Shown here: positions 1-12,217 of the stretch, piece by piece | How positions within the stretch are numbered: position 1 is the first letter of the stretch | How the letters are laid out: every line of letters begins with the position of its first letter | Assembly (NCBI RefSeq): GCF_018977255.1 | Contig: NW_024704742.1 | Span: forward strand, 116,252,001-116,316,000 | Length of the DNA stretch: 64,000 nucleotides | DNA from: Callorhinchus milii | Taxonomy: Eukaryota | Direction: 5' to 3' | Notes under the pieces: model-generated | The model's database searches: none | What the model saw: the letters and a program-made list of their open reading frames with translations, nothing else | Told to the model about the DNA's origin: nothing | Position numbers and translations under genes: made by a program

Positions 1-713
1 TGTACCAAATACAAAAAATATTATTATTAATAAATTTAAACTCTTAAACCCACGAACAGCCCAATCAAACACAGCCAATTTGGCTTCACTTGCGACATTA
101 TCTTTCTATGTTTCAGAGGTCGATTTAACCAGAAACTAACTGAAATTTAAACCTTCATTTATTGTCACAAAGTCTGTTCCCATGGTAAAGACGAGTTCTA
201 TCTGACTGTCTTGCTCAGTTTGGGCAGCTGCGATTTTATCGCTACAGGATTGAGTACTTTCTCACAGAGAAGTCACAGTTCTGGTCTAATTCCAAGGTGA
301 TTGTAATTATGGATTGGGAAAAAATTGGGACATGACATGCAAATGCAACTTCCAGGATGGTGGGAGGCGAACTGGATGGACCTTGGCCTTTCGTCTAATG
401 ATTCTTGTTTCTTATGGAGACTGAATCGGTCGATGGTTTTCCACTGGATTTTTAATTAAGAGTCTGCAGATAATCACAGAGATGGCAAATTTTACAGTGC
501 ATCTGATACAGAAGCATGAATGAAAGAGATACTGTTACAGCTACCAATATAAACAGTTTTGGTTTTACACCAGTGTACACCTGGTACACTTTCAGATTCA
601 ACACAGTTTAAAAACTAGTAAACATTTTGAAAACAAAATGTTTCTCCACCTCCCCCAGCTTTCATCTGTGATATAAAATAGTTGAATTGACTATGAACAT
701 GCACGATGCTTAG

Positions 714-839
714 TTTTCAGATGAAAATGCCAATAAGATGAAGCAGACATACGGAGATTTCTGTAGCCACCACAATGAAGCAGTCAGTGTCTTCAAAGAA
801 TTGCAACAGCAAAACAAGAAGTTCCAGCACTTTATCAGG
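714..839 (+). CDS. ARHGEF28: RhoGEF coding exon (DH domain): [42 protein letters not shown]
   Basis: Acceptor tag at 711-713, donor gtaagt at 840; 126 nt, phase 0/0; translation is a Lbc-family DH helix. Upstream exons lie outside the window. Confidence 0.88.
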
Positions 840-929
840 GTAAGTTCTCTTTCTTCACTTTACTGCACTCAACTGAGATGAAGATTACAGCTTCTGTCAG
901 TGTAGCTCATGGTTGTGTATTCTTTGTAG

Positions 930-1047
930 CAACAGAGCAACAATCTGCTAGTTCGACGTCTTGGCGTGCCAGAGTGTATACTGCTGGTCACTCAGAGGAT
1001 CACCAAGTACCCAGTCCTGCTGGAGCGTATCCTGCAGTACACAAAAG
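930..1047 (+). CDS. ARHGEF28: RhoGEF coding exon (DH CR3): [39 protein letters not shown]
   Basis: ctttgtag acceptor, gttagt donor at 1048; canonical [14 protein letters not shown] motif; phase 0/1; preceded by a 90-nt intron. Confidence 0.95.
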
Positions 1048-1804
1048 GTTAGTTCCCAACTCTGACACATCAAGACCAGCATTTAATAATGTGATTTAAT
1101 AAAAGAGAAAAATTCCACCCTATTTTACTCCTTGTGTCTTAAATGTCATTTGGGCTGAAGCATAACAGTGCTTCAATATTAATCAATTGTAACCAGTATT
1201 GCTCATGTTCCATGCAGGGGTCCAAAATCCAGGCTTTTAAAATCTTTCTCCTTCAATTTTCTCTCCTGACTTTCCCCTGAAGGGTCATGCTGCTCTACAG
1301 ACGTCAGTACAATGTGTGTGTCTGTGTGTCAGGGCAGTGGGGCAGGTGTTACTGTTCTCATTGAACATGCACATTTTTTGGAACATTAGGTTACTCAGAG
1401 AGACAGAAAGGCAGAGAGTAAGAAGGACTAACCCAGTGTGGTACTACAGTACATACAATCCTGATGGAACTTTATAAAGTAGTCACTTTATATTTTGCAC
1501 GATGTCCCAACAACAACAAAAAATTACATTTGTATAGCGCCTTTCACGTCAGGACAGCCATGTTGTTTGCATATCCACATTGGAACAGTTCCCAATTAGT
1601 ACAGATAATCTCGCTGTACACAACAAACAACAAAATTACATTTGTGAAGCGCCTTTCACATCAGGAGGGCGTCCCAAGGGGCTGAATGAAGATTGTATAA
1701 AGATGCAACTACAATTTGCTACTGTCTCTGGTCCCAGCCCTATCATGTAGCATTGTAGACCTCAACAATAATAACAAATTGCATTTATATAGCAGCCTTC
1801 ATTA

Positions 1805-2109
1805 GAATAATAATACTTACATTTGATATAGCGCTTTTCACATCTTCTAGACATCTCAAAGTGTTTCACAGAATATACTGTAAGGTGAATTAACTGTATA
1901 TTTGTGGGTGAAAAGCAGCAGCCAATTGCACACAGCAGTGTCCCACAAACAGTCGTAGATTGAAAATGGCCAATTTTTTTTTGCTTTTTGGAGGGATTAT
2001 TATTAGGCTCTGTGTGGAGTAAGGAAACTTGCCGAAGGTTTCGCCCTGGCTGGAATTGAATCCAGGTGTCTCGCTTGCAAGGCGAGTGCTCAAACCACTA
2101 CAGGACTCC
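1805..2109 (-). mobile_element. tRNA-headed Deu-domain SINE, young family
   Basis: Reverse complement reads ggagtcctgtag...cttgcaagcgag...tgtgggacactgctgtgtgcaattggctgc...gcgctatatcaaatg(taa)n, the same unit as more than 15 copies in the window. Confidence 0.9.
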
Positions 2110-2299
2110 AAACATCCTTGAGCACTTGAGGCAAGAGGGTGGGAGGTGGAATTGAGTTTGCGGATCTTAGAAAATAGTAGGACAGGCTCGATGGGTCGAA
2201 TAACCTAATCTTGTTTGTTCCTATGTGCCTAATTGGCAAGTAGATAACTGATGTTCAGTTCCTTATGCTTATAATCCTTATAATCCTTATGCTTGTCAC

Positions 2300-2857
2300 A
2301 TCTAGGCTCAATTACGGAAACTCCCTCCTCATTGGCCTTCCCAACTCTTCCCTTCGCAAGCTGCAGATCATCCAAAACTGCAGCTCATGTACTCTCGCGC
2401 ACCAGACTCCGTGATCCCATCACTCCCACCCTCGCCCGACTCCACTGGCTCCCCATCCCCCAGAGGATTGAGTTCAAGATTCTTGCCTTCACTTTCAAGG
2501 TCATCCATGGCCTTGCCCCCTCCTATCTCTCTGGCCTGCTGACTCCCTACCAACCTGCCTGCTCCCTCCGTTCCATGTCTCCCGCTCGACCCACCCTACC
2601 ATCGGTGGCCGGGCTTTCAGCATCTCTGCCTCCACACTCTGGAAATCCATCCCACGGTCCATTGCCTCCTTCAAGGCCGGTCTCAAAACCCTTCTCTTCG
2701 ATTGTGCGTTTGGTCGCCCTCCCACCTCTCTACCTTCCCTCACCCCTACACCACCCCTCCCCCATGTTTGGGCCCCAACCCCTGACTGTTCAGCGCTTTG
2801 GGACGTCCTCCTGTCATGAAAGGTGCTCTATAAATGTAATTTTGTTGTTGTTGTTGT
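2300..2857 (+). mobile_element. L2-clade LINE 3' fragment
   Basis: Encodes RDPITPTLARLHWLPIPQRIEFKIL; ends in the tail stem-loop and (ttg)n. Confidence 0.92.
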
Positions 2858-3034
2858 ATAAGCAGCAGGTTCTAATGCTAGATACAGCTCAGACAGACAC
2901 TGCAATTATATCAGGTATCAAACCCCACATTGGCTGGAATGGGAGTTTGATTCCAGATTTGCTCATCCAGGCTTTAGCTTGGCTTACCTAAGTGAGTAAT
3001 AATGACTGAAATTATTTTGTTCTGTTATTCCTAG

Positions 3035-3289
3035 AAGGGACGGAGGAACACAAGGACGTGACCAAATCTCTGAGTTTGATCAAGGACATAATAGCAGCAG
3101 TGGATACAAAAGTGAACAAGTATGAGAAAGAACAGAAACTGCTAGACATCCTGAACAAGTTTGAAAACAAGACATGCGCCAAATTAAAGAATGGCCACAC
3201 ATTCCGGAAGCAAGACCTGCTGAGTGGAGAGCGGGAACTGCTACATGATGGTTCAGTGTACTGGAAAACAGCCACAGGGCGGTTGAAAG
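3035..3289 (+). CDS. ARHGEF28: RhoGEF coding exon (DH end/PH start): GTEEHKDVTKSLSLIKDIIAAVD...HDGSVYWKTATGRLK
   Basis: ttcctag acceptor, gtaaag donor at 3290; 255 nt, phase 1/1; overlaps ORF 3058..3315. Confidence 0.95.
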
Positions 3290-3324
3290 GTAAAGGCATT
3301 CACATTTATTATTAATAATAACAC

Positions 3325-3919
3325 TTGCAGTGCACTTCCCGGCACTCCCTCCACAAGCTGCAGGTCATTCAGAACTCTGCAGCTCGTGTACTGTCCCGCA
3401 CCAGACTTCGGGACCACATCACTCCCACCCTCGCTCACCTCCACTGGCTCCCCATCCCCCAGAGGATCGAATTCAAGATCCTCATCCTCACCTACAAGGC
3501 CATTCACGGCCTTGCTCCCTCCTACCTCTCCGACCTACTATCCCCCTACTTACCTGTCTGTACCCTCTGATCCTCTGGCTCCGGTCTGCTCCACATACCC
3601 TGCCCTAACCGCCCTACCATCGGTGGCCGGGCCTTCAGACTCTCAGCCCCTAGGCTCTGGAACTCCATCCCCCAGTGGCTTCGCCTTGCTTCCTCTCTTT
3701 CCTCCTTCAAGGCCGGTCTCAAGACCTTTCTCTTCGACTGTGCCTTCAGCTCCCCTCTCGACTCTCTACCCCCTCCTTGCTCCCTCCCTTCCCCCCCCTT
3801 CCCTCCCCTCACCCTGATCATTTCCCCCCTGCTCGGGTCCCGACCCAACTGTCCAGCGCCTTGGGACGTCTTCCCGAAGTGAAAGGCGCACTATAAATGC
3901 ACTCTTATTGTTATTGTTG
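3325..3919 (+). mobile_element. L2-clade LINE 3' fragment
   Basis: LHKLQVIQNSAARVLSRTRLRDHITPTLAHLHWLP; tail gcgccttgggacgtc...gtgaaaggcgc then (ttg)n; starts about 35 nt after an exon donor. Confidence 0.92.
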
Positions 3920-3929
3920 CAGTTGATAC

Positions 3930-4318
3930 AGCATTTTCACATTGGGAGGATCTCGCAAAACGCTTCACAGGAGTCATTGTGAAATATAGTTACTTTTGTT
4001 TGTAGGTGAATGCAGAAGCTAATATGTGCATGACATTGCCCATAAGTCGGCAAGAAGTGAATGACCAATTTTATTTGGGGGATTGTTGGCCAGGACACTG
4101 GAAGAAACTCTTCTTTTTCAAATGGTGCCATGGGATCATTAATACCCATCTAGTCAGCCAGGCGGGATAGTGGCTTAACATCTCATCCAAAGAAGTGCAT
4201 CCCAAGCACTGCGTTTGAGTGTCAGCCTAGACTGTGGGTTCAAAGTCCTAATGTGGGACTTGAACCCATAACCTTTTGACTGAGAGATGAGAGTGCCACC
4301 AACTGGCTAGGCTGACAC
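3930..4318 (-). mobile_element. Older Deu-domain SINE with a different tRNA head (SacSINE1-like)
   Basis: Reverse complement starts tgtcagcctagccagttggtggcactct...gggttcaagtccc and has a long central domain (cccatggcacc...ccagtgtcctggccaaca). Similar copies near 7130, 9598, 22200, 27600, 30500, 50590 and 52280. Confidence 0.75.
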
Positions 4319-4616
4319 TTTATACTAATAGTGACTATGAGGGTGAGGCTTATCTTTGCTAAAAGTAAATTATTTTATATCAACTCTGAGTCTTGTTAGT
4401 CAAACGATCAATTGATGTCCTCCTCAGTTATTTGATCAACTGATGTGCACTGCTTATCATTTGTCAATTATTGGGTTACCAGTGTTTGTTTCACAAGCAG
4501 GAGGTTTCAGGACATCACTGCTTTGGACCTAAATGTGAACAATATGCAATAAGGCAGTCTGCAGTCGATGGCTGGAATTCTTATGCTATGCTTTAAATTA
4601 TTTTGCTTTGTTTCAG

Positions 4617-4693
4617 ATATCACAGGCCTGCTCCTAACTGATGTGCTGATTTTCCTTCAGGACAAAGACCAAAAGTATACATTTGCTGCTGTG
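4617..4693 (+). CDS. ARHGEF28: RhoGEF coding exon (PH): DITGLLLTDVLIFLQDKDQKYTFAAV
   Basis: tttcag acceptor, gtaagt donor at 4694; 77 nt, phase 1/0; LLLTDVLIFLQ.KDQKY motif. Confidence 0.95.
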
Positions 4694-4980
4694 GTAAGTG
4701 GTAATCAGAACTAAACCTGGATTTCATTTGATGTTTCATTATTTTATAATCCCACTTTTATTCTGCTGTTACTTGCATCGGTTGTATAAAAAGGCACCTG
4801 GTTTCCATGGCGCTGAAATCTGGCATTTTACCCGTTTTGCACACCAATTTAGCAGATAAACAATAAGCAGTAATCAACAAAGTAAAACACACACAACAAT
4901 CAAAAAAGACTCACATGCACTGCTTTTTGCCTAACCATTTTACCAACAAATACACAAAAAGGTCAAAGTACACATGCATA

Positions 4981-5032
4981 CACCGTGTTAATACAAGTAT
5001 TGAGATCACCATGTTAATGTAAGTATTGAGAT
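4981..5032. repeat. 26-nt tandem duplication (2 copies)
   Basis: caccgtgttaatacaagtattgagat / caccatgttaatgtaagtattgagat. Confidence 0.85.
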
Positions 5033-5635
5033 CATATGCCCAATGACGGTTTATTTACTAATCACAAACGCAATTTTGTCATATCTGGATTCCCAATTTG
5101 CCACATATGGCTAATGCATTGGACAACCCTGCTCTAGATCAAGAGGCCAATGTATATTTTTTTCCTCTGCTCCTTTAATTTTATTTCAGATGTTGTCCTG
5201 TCCTGAAAGCGGGCAGTGGCACACAGGTGGCTGTTGGCTACCTCTCACAAGCGCCATACTTCATCATGCATGGGTTTCCTTTTAGTTTTTTTAGTGTGCT
5301 ACTGAACGATAGGGTCCAGCACAATTTAGCCCAAACCTATTTTGACCTGGCATCCTCAAATGGTTTACTATCAACAGCGCTTGCTGGAAGATTTATTTTT
5401 CCTATCCCCAGGTCAATAAGGTAAATTATAGTGCTCCCTTCTCTCATGGCCACCCCGGCAGAGTTTCAATATACCTCAGCAAGGGATAAGGATAGAACGT
5501 CTAACCTTCCTGTACGGCTCAGTACAAAACCCTGCTTTGTATTTACCTATTGTTCCATCAGGGGAGTGTCTGATGTGTGTTATTTTCTATCATCTTAGTG
5601 TCTCTGCTTAAAAACATACATTCTGCAACAACAAA

Positions 5636-5752
5636 AGCTTTGGGAAAAGAGCGTGGGAATGGGACTAATTGGACAGCTCTTTCAAAGAGCCAGCATAGGC
5701 ACGATGGGCCGAATGGCCTCCTTCTGTGCTGTTGAATTCTATGATTCTATGA
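5636..5752 (+). mobile_element. CR1-clade LINE 3' tail fragment
   Basis: gatgggccgaatggcctccttctgtgctg followed by (attctatg)2. Confidence 0.88.
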
Positions 5753-6017
5753 AAACCATTTAAATTGGCAGGACTTTTCCGTAGATAAATCCTGTCCATA
5801 GGTAATGAGTTGTATTCAGCTCTCAGACTGTTTTAGGGGAAGGTAAAGAGCAAATAATAGCAATTTATTTCTTAAAAGCAAAATGTAAAGTTTTCTACTG
5901 AACTACTGACCTTTTTGCATAACTGAAAGCCTCTCGTATGCCAGAATTGCTAAGTTTAAAAAAAAATTCACCTTTGCTCCTAGCCATTAGCATCTCATTC
6001 TGAATTATTTGCCTCAG

Positions 6018-6196
6018 GACCAGAAGCCCGCAGTCATCTCATTGCAGAAATTGATTGTCCGAGAAGTAGCAAACGAGGAGCGAGGAATGTTTCTGATCAG
6101 TGCTTCATCTGCTGGACCTGAAATGTATGAAATTCACACCAACTCCAAGGAAGACAGGAATACCTGGATGAGATTGATCCGGCTGGCAGTGGAGAG
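6018..6196 (+). CDS. ARHGEF28: RhoGEF coding exon (PH): [59 protein letters not shown]
   Basis: cctcag acceptor, gtatag donor at 6197; 179 nt, phase 0/2. [19 protein letters not shown] is, from memory, the ARHGEF28 form rather than the ARHGEF18 or AKAP13 form. Confidence 0.95.
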
Positions 6197-8252
6197 GTAT
6201 AGTAACCCTTATATAGTGTTTATCAAAAGATTGCATCAACAAAATATTTACAGTCAATTCACTTTACGGTATATTCTGCAAAATGCTTTGAGACGTCTTG
6301 AAGATGTGATAAGGCGGTATATCAAATGCAATGATTATTATCATTAACAAGGTTAACATGGTGTTAAAAGCAGTAGAAGTCTGACCTTCTGGGTCACACT
6401 AAATTAATGGCCCAACACTGGATGGTGGATTTTATTCACTTGTTTTTTTTCTGAAGACATTTGATAGCAAGGTCAGGATGCAGTAAGTTAAGAGCAAAGC
6501 AGAAGATGGGGATGGAAATCAGAAGATTCTTTGACTAAAACAATGCGATTTACATTCGGCTAAGTCAAGTCATTCCAAAACGTTAGAATATGCCACAATC
6601 CTGTAACAAATAATTAAATCTCCCTTATTACACTTCCAGCATTTTCTCATTGAGACAATCTACTGTTACTGTGTGCAGTAGACATGATGAATCATTTTAC
6701 AGTGAATGAGTTGCAAGCTAGTGTCTGGTATCAGTTCTGCTTTTTTTATACTTCCAGACTGATTATTTCATGTTTCTATGGATTTGTCTGCATAACAATA
6801 TGTAATACTTTTCTAAATAACTTTTTTTTCAGACTTTATAAGCAACCATCATTAATGTATGTCTTATTTATTATTTAATTCTAAATCATCATCCCATTTC
6901 CTGATTCATTTTGAGCGATTTACTTTTTAGGCCTAAGATCATTTTATGCTATTTCTGCCACTGTTTCAAAGGAAAATGAGCAGTTTCTCCTGTCCTGTAG
7001 CTCAGTGGTTAGAGCACTTGGCTCGCAAGTGAAAGACTTGGGATTGATTCCCGTCAGGGCAAAATCACACACCTGATAATAATCCCTTAATAAAAAAAAT
7101 AAAAAAATTGGTCACTTCAGCTCGTATAGCTGGCTGACACTCCAGTGTTTTGCTGCATTGTTGAGGGTGCCGTCTTTCAAATAAGATGTTAAATCGAGAT
7201 CCCATCCACGTGTTCAGGATGACCTTAAAGACCCCATCGGCATTACTTGAAAAGAGAAGTGAGTTTTTCCAGTGTCCTGGCCAACAATCCCACAGATGAA
7301 ATCATTCAATTCATGGCTGTTTGTGTACACAGTCACTCTACTTTACATTATGTCTAGTGAAGCACATTAAGATGCCCTATTGACATGAAAGCTGCTATAT
7401 CAAATGTAAGGATGATTATTATTTTGTCTTCAAATGTTATAAAGTGTTTATAATTATTACTTTGTAGAGTGCTTTGAGACATTGATCCAACATGAAAGGC
7501 ACAATGAACATCTGGTTGAGACTAGGATTAAGAGTTATAGGGATAAATAGAGATGATAAAATACAACACTGTATTGCAGGGACTCGGAGATATCTATGGA
7601 GTCCAGCAGGTCAGAATTAAACATGCAATTCAAATGTTAGACTGAGTTCCTAGATAGTCAGGGAGATATTTCTGAGTATTCTGTTCCTGTGCTTTATAGA
7701 TTGAATATCCATTCACCTCATAAAGAAATAATAATGTGGAGATTCTGTGACAGTGTAAATTAACAGGTCTTAAGTCAAGGAGCAGATTTCTTATTCCATT
7801 CATATATATCCTTATGCGCTCCTTTGATTGCAATATTAATGGTCAGCAGCAGGTTTATTGAGATGAAAGGTTTAATAATGATGGTCATTTATAAACTAGC
7901 AACTAAGAAAATAACTGATAATATTAATCCTTAAGAAAAACATGGAAATAGAATAAGTACAGACAGCGTTGAAGAAATATAAGTGCAGTATTTTCTGTTA
8001 TACATGTCCCAGTGCCTTGGGACGCCCACCCGAGGTGAAAGGTGCTATACAAATGTAATTTTGTGTTGTTGTTGTTATACACTACTCTGATATTTATATG
8101 CTTTGTCATAGCTTAATTCCCCAAATCTGGAAAATATATGCACATCGAGGCACATCAGATGGGACCTGGCTGCCCATTTGTGAACAGTAAATGCAGGTTT
8201 GATTTATTGCCACAGAAAAGCCTGTGTAACATGCGTACTGTGTTCTTTCAAG

Positions 8253-8344
8253 TTGTCCAGAGGAAGAGGTAGAAAGACTTAGTGAGTCTGAAGAGGATAA
8301 ACGTATTGCTGAGGCAAGAGCTGCCAGGACACGGAAATTCCAAG
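8253..8344 (+). CDS. ARHGEF28: RhoGEF coding exon: SCPEEEVERLSESEEDKRIAEARAARTRKFQ
   Basis: ctttcaag acceptor, gtaacc donor at 8345; 92 nt, phase 2/1; continues AVES-CPEE. Confidence 0.93.
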
Positions 8345-8729
8345 GTAACCTAACCAAGTATCTGAGCTGCTCACTGTTCCCATTATCTGAGCCAACAGAC
8401 TAACTGCAGTTGCAGGGAAGCACTTTCCAAAACAGGAAGCAATTTCTAGAGAAGTGCATAAAAGCAGACTTGTTTGAATCGCTCAATATAGGTCAACTTT
8501 CTCGATAGATGCTGGGCTTAAACATTGATGTCAAACAGTCAGAAAGAATAACCTTAATATTAAATAATAAATACTTCTCTTCGATATGATGGGGGTTATT
8601 TTGCTTTGTACATTGATCCATGGATCTTTAAAGTTAACATTTAAAATTTAAGTTAAAAGCAAACAAAAATTTTTTAGTGACTTATCCTGTCAAAATTTCT
8701 CACTGTGGCTCATACAATGGAGGCTATCA

Positions 8730-9200
8730 ATGGGTGAAGAAAGCCTTTCAGCCCATTTGATCCCATCCTTCTAGAATATCTAACTCAAGCTATTTCTTAA
8801 ATGAATCCAGGTCCTGGCTTCAATGATCTTTCCTGATGATCTGTTCTATCCATTAATTACCCTCCTGTAAAGAAAGACTTCTTGTCCTGAATTTTCTCAG
8901 TGCCTTTCACAACTCTGAACCTGTGCCCCCTTGCCCCGCTGCCTTAACATATAATAAAGGATTGTCTCGGGCATATTTTCTCAATCGCACTTAGCATCGT
9001 ATATAGTTCTATAAGGTCATCTCTCACATTTATTTCCAGAGCTGAAGAGCTTTAGTTTACCTAGTCTTTTCTCATAGCTGATTTCTCTAACGCTGCTGGG
9101 ATCATCTTTTTTGCTCTCTTCTGCACTGCCTTAGTACCTAAGTACCTCTTATGTCACGGTGACCGGAACTGTATGCAGTACTCTAGCTGCAACCTGTCTA
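8730..9200 (-). mobile_element. Degraded CR1-like LINE fragment
   Basis: Recognisable CR1 ORF2 3' tracts (gaactgtatgcagtactctagctgc; aacctgtgcccccttg; aaagaagacttc). Confidence 0.55.
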
Positions 9201-9206
9201 GAGCAT

Positions 9207-9516
9207 GACCTGTAGCTCAGTGGTTAGAGCCCTCGCCTCACAAGCGAGAGACCTGGGTTTGATTCCCGCCAGGGTGAAACCTAGGGCAAGTTTCCTTACT
9301 CCACACGCCTGATAATAATCCCTCAAGAAAAAAAACAATAAATTGGTCACTTCAATTCAAGACTGTTTGTGGGACGTTGCTGTGTGCAATTGGCTGCTGC
9401 GTTTCACCCACAAATACACAGTCAATTCATTTCACAGTATATTCTGTGATGCTCTTTGACACGTCTAGAAGACATGAAAAGCACTATATCAAAATGCAAG
9501 GATTATTATTATTATA
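9207..9516 (+). mobile_element. tRNA-headed Deu-domain SINE, young family
   Basis: A box tagctcagtgg, B box ggtttgattcc, Deu core, tail ending ggattattattatta. Confidence 0.92.
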
Positions 9517-11018
9517 TAAACATGAGATTTCCATGAGATTTATCTGCTCTTCTTTCAATATTTCCACTTCTACCGTTAAAATTTGCTGCTCAAAATGTCA
9601 GCTTAGCTCAGTTGCTATCATTTACCTGAGTCAGAAGGTGATGAGTTCAAGCCCCATGTCAGGACTTTGAACTCACAATCTAGACCAACGTCAGTGCCCG
9701 TGTACTGCTTTACCAAAGATGCCATAGACATTAAACCGAGGTCCCATCTGATGGTTCATATAGACATTAAAGATCTCATGGCACTATTTGGAAAGAAAAA
9801 GGGGTTTCTCCCTGCATCATGGTTTACAATCCTCCAAATAACATTGATCACTCTTCTCTTGACTATGTATAGGACATTCGTCCACAAAACACATCACTCC
9901 ACTTTACTGTATATCCTGTGAAGCATGTGGGACATCCTTCCAATGTGAAAGGCACTGTACCAAATGTAAGGATTATTATTATTGCAATGCACAAATTGGT
10001 TGCTGTGTTAGCCTACAAATACACAGTCACCACATTTCACAGTAAAATCTTGTGAAGTACTTTGAGATTTATCTACAATGTGATAAAGTACTATATCAAA
10101 TTCAAGGATTATATAATGTGTAATTTGCAGGGGGTTAACAAATATTTTGAACAAAATATTTTGAATGTTCATCTCAAATGAATTTGCATAGAAAAAAAAG
10201 TTTCAGGAATTCAAGAGTGTGATGGCTGTAAATATTTTACACCCAACACCTGCAGATGTTGTGAAACACCAGGGTTTTGAGTGTTATGAGCTTGTTACTT
10301 TTTTATTATGCGTTTAATCATCAGATTTTCATATGCTTTTATGAATTTCAGCTGGACTGGCTTCATTCTGCTTCAGTTTATTTCATTCTATTTTAAATCT
10401 GTTCTTTATTTTTTGGTAATTGCAAATGCCCAGCTTTCAGGAGAGAAACATAAAATGGTCCCATTAGTCTTTTTGCAAATCAAAATATTCTGCACGGTAA
10501 ATGCAGCATTAACCACTGCCATTAATCAAATGTTGTTTCAATTATCTGAAGATTAGTTATAAGTCCTTTTATTTTTCTCTGTCCTGAGAATTCCCACCCT
10601 GGCCTTGATTTCCCCTGGTAATTCCTCACTCCATGGCTGTTTGTGGGACATTGCTGTGCGCAAACTGGCTGCCGTGTTTCGCCCACAAAATACTTGGTCA
10701 ATCCACTTTACAGTTTATCCTGTGAAGCACTTTGAGATGTCTGGACGACGTGATAAGGTGCTATATCAAATGCAGGGATTACTATTATTTTTATTATTGT
10801 TTTGTAAGAATACTGTGGAGCAGGCAGTGGTTAATGTTGCATTTACACATCTCTAAAAAAAAAATTTATTTTTACACTATGCTTTTGGGACGGGGAGTAA
10901 GCAAACAGCCACAATGTTGTTAGAAAAATGAACATTGCAGGTGCCTCCTCAGTGAGGTGTATGTTAGCACGTTGAGTTGTTGATGGTCCTGTCAGTGAAT
11001 GCTGCTCTTTCTGTACAG

Positions 11019-11201
11019 AACGGCTCAGTTGTCAGGATCAGCAAATTTGCACTAGTTTGGAGGAGAAGCTACGAATCTATGGAGAAATGGCAGAAAAAAA
11101 CGGCTGTGAAGATGCAGCTCAGGATGCTCATCTTCTGATGAAGCCAGAAACCACGGAACTTCCCCAAGCTGGGCTGTTATTGAATGCTGCAGTTAAGGAG
11201 G
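11019..11201 (+). CDS. ARHGEF28: RhoGEF coding exon: ERLSCQDQQICTSLEEKLRIYGEMAEKNG...PQAGLLLNAAVKE
   Basis: ctgtacag acceptor, gtagga donor at 11202; 183 nt, phase 1/1; QDQQIC..LEEKL.IY motif. Confidence 0.93.
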
Positions 11202-11329
11202 GTAGGAATTTATTTATTTTATTTATTTAATCCAGGATTGCCAGTTCTTTAAAAAACAAAAATATTTTTAAAATATTCATTGTGGAAAAATAGCTGTTTC
11301 TTCATGAATACTGTTCATTATCTGAATTT

Positions 11330-11865
11330 TTAGGGGTCAGGTGGGTGTCTGACACATGAGAAAACCCATCACAGTGCTTAATTATCCAAACTAAACTGAA
11401 AATTCCATGCATGGAAATTCCAGTGATATTTATTAGAATAAAATATGCAGTCCCTTCCTGAGGGATGCATCATATTTACCTAATTCTGAAGAGTATGATG
11501 CAGTTTGGCAAGAACCAAGGCTTGGGGACCTCAGAGTGTGGTACTGTTGGTGTCTAATCAGTTAAAACTGCATAGCTTGCCATTGGAAGCACTGTCTGAC
11601 TTGCCCGCTGCTTGTTCAGCTTGGACCACCCTACCCATTAGGGCTTTGGTTTGCTGAGTGACTGGTCTGGCCTTCCAATTCCTGCTGATGTGTCAGTCTG
11701 GCTGTGCTGTCATCAGTACTGTGGACCCGCCTGGCTGAGAAACCGGACTACCAAGACCATCATGGTGGGTTGGCTCCATTCTGACATTTTGTGGCCAAAC
11801 ATGTCACCTTGGAGCCAGGTCAGCAACAAGGAGAGCCTGCTTAACGCCCCGCCAAGGACGACAGT
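11330..11865 (-). mobile_element. Unclassified dispersed repeat (poly(A)-tailed family)
   Basis: Colinear similarity to 57890-58385, 60085-60420, 47090-47255, 15505-15997 and 32290-32515. Confidence 0.75.
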
Positions 11866-12079
11866 ACATATTATCTGAAAGATCTAGCAATTACTATACT
11901 TGGGACGTCCTCCCGACGTGAAAGGCGCTCTATAAATGGAATCTTGTTGTTGTTGTTGTATACTACATTTCAGCTAATATGTACTAAAAGTTTAATTAGT
12001 TTAATTACTTAATAGTATATATTATTAGGAATTAAACTTATTTTGTTTAATTACTGTTCTATTTGATTCCATCCTTTAG

Positions 12080-12217
12080 CTGAAAACCTTCAGATGATGT
12101 TGACATCACAGTCATGTGGTTCTGCTCGCCGGTCGCTGGAAGGTTTGGGAGAGCCAGTGTCACCGCACAAGCAGGAACACTTTGGAAGTGGTAGCACTCG
12201 CATATTGCCTACTGTAT
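12080..12217 (+). CDS. ARHGEF28: RhoGEF coding exon (linker): AENLQMMLTSQSCGSARRSLEGLGEPVSPHKQEHFGSGSTRILPTV
   Basis: cctttag acceptor, gtaagt donor at 12218; 138 nt, phase 1/1; open frame; KE-AENLQ continuity with the previous exon. Confidence 0.85.

Noticed and set aside
5119..5131. hAT-like terminal repeat (reverse complement cagggttgtccaa)
   Set aside because: No matching second terminus or 8-bp TSD found.
9207..9280. tRNA-Ala/Val-like genes
   Set aside because: Each continues directly into a SINE body and tail, so they are SINE heads and not stand-alone tRNA genes.
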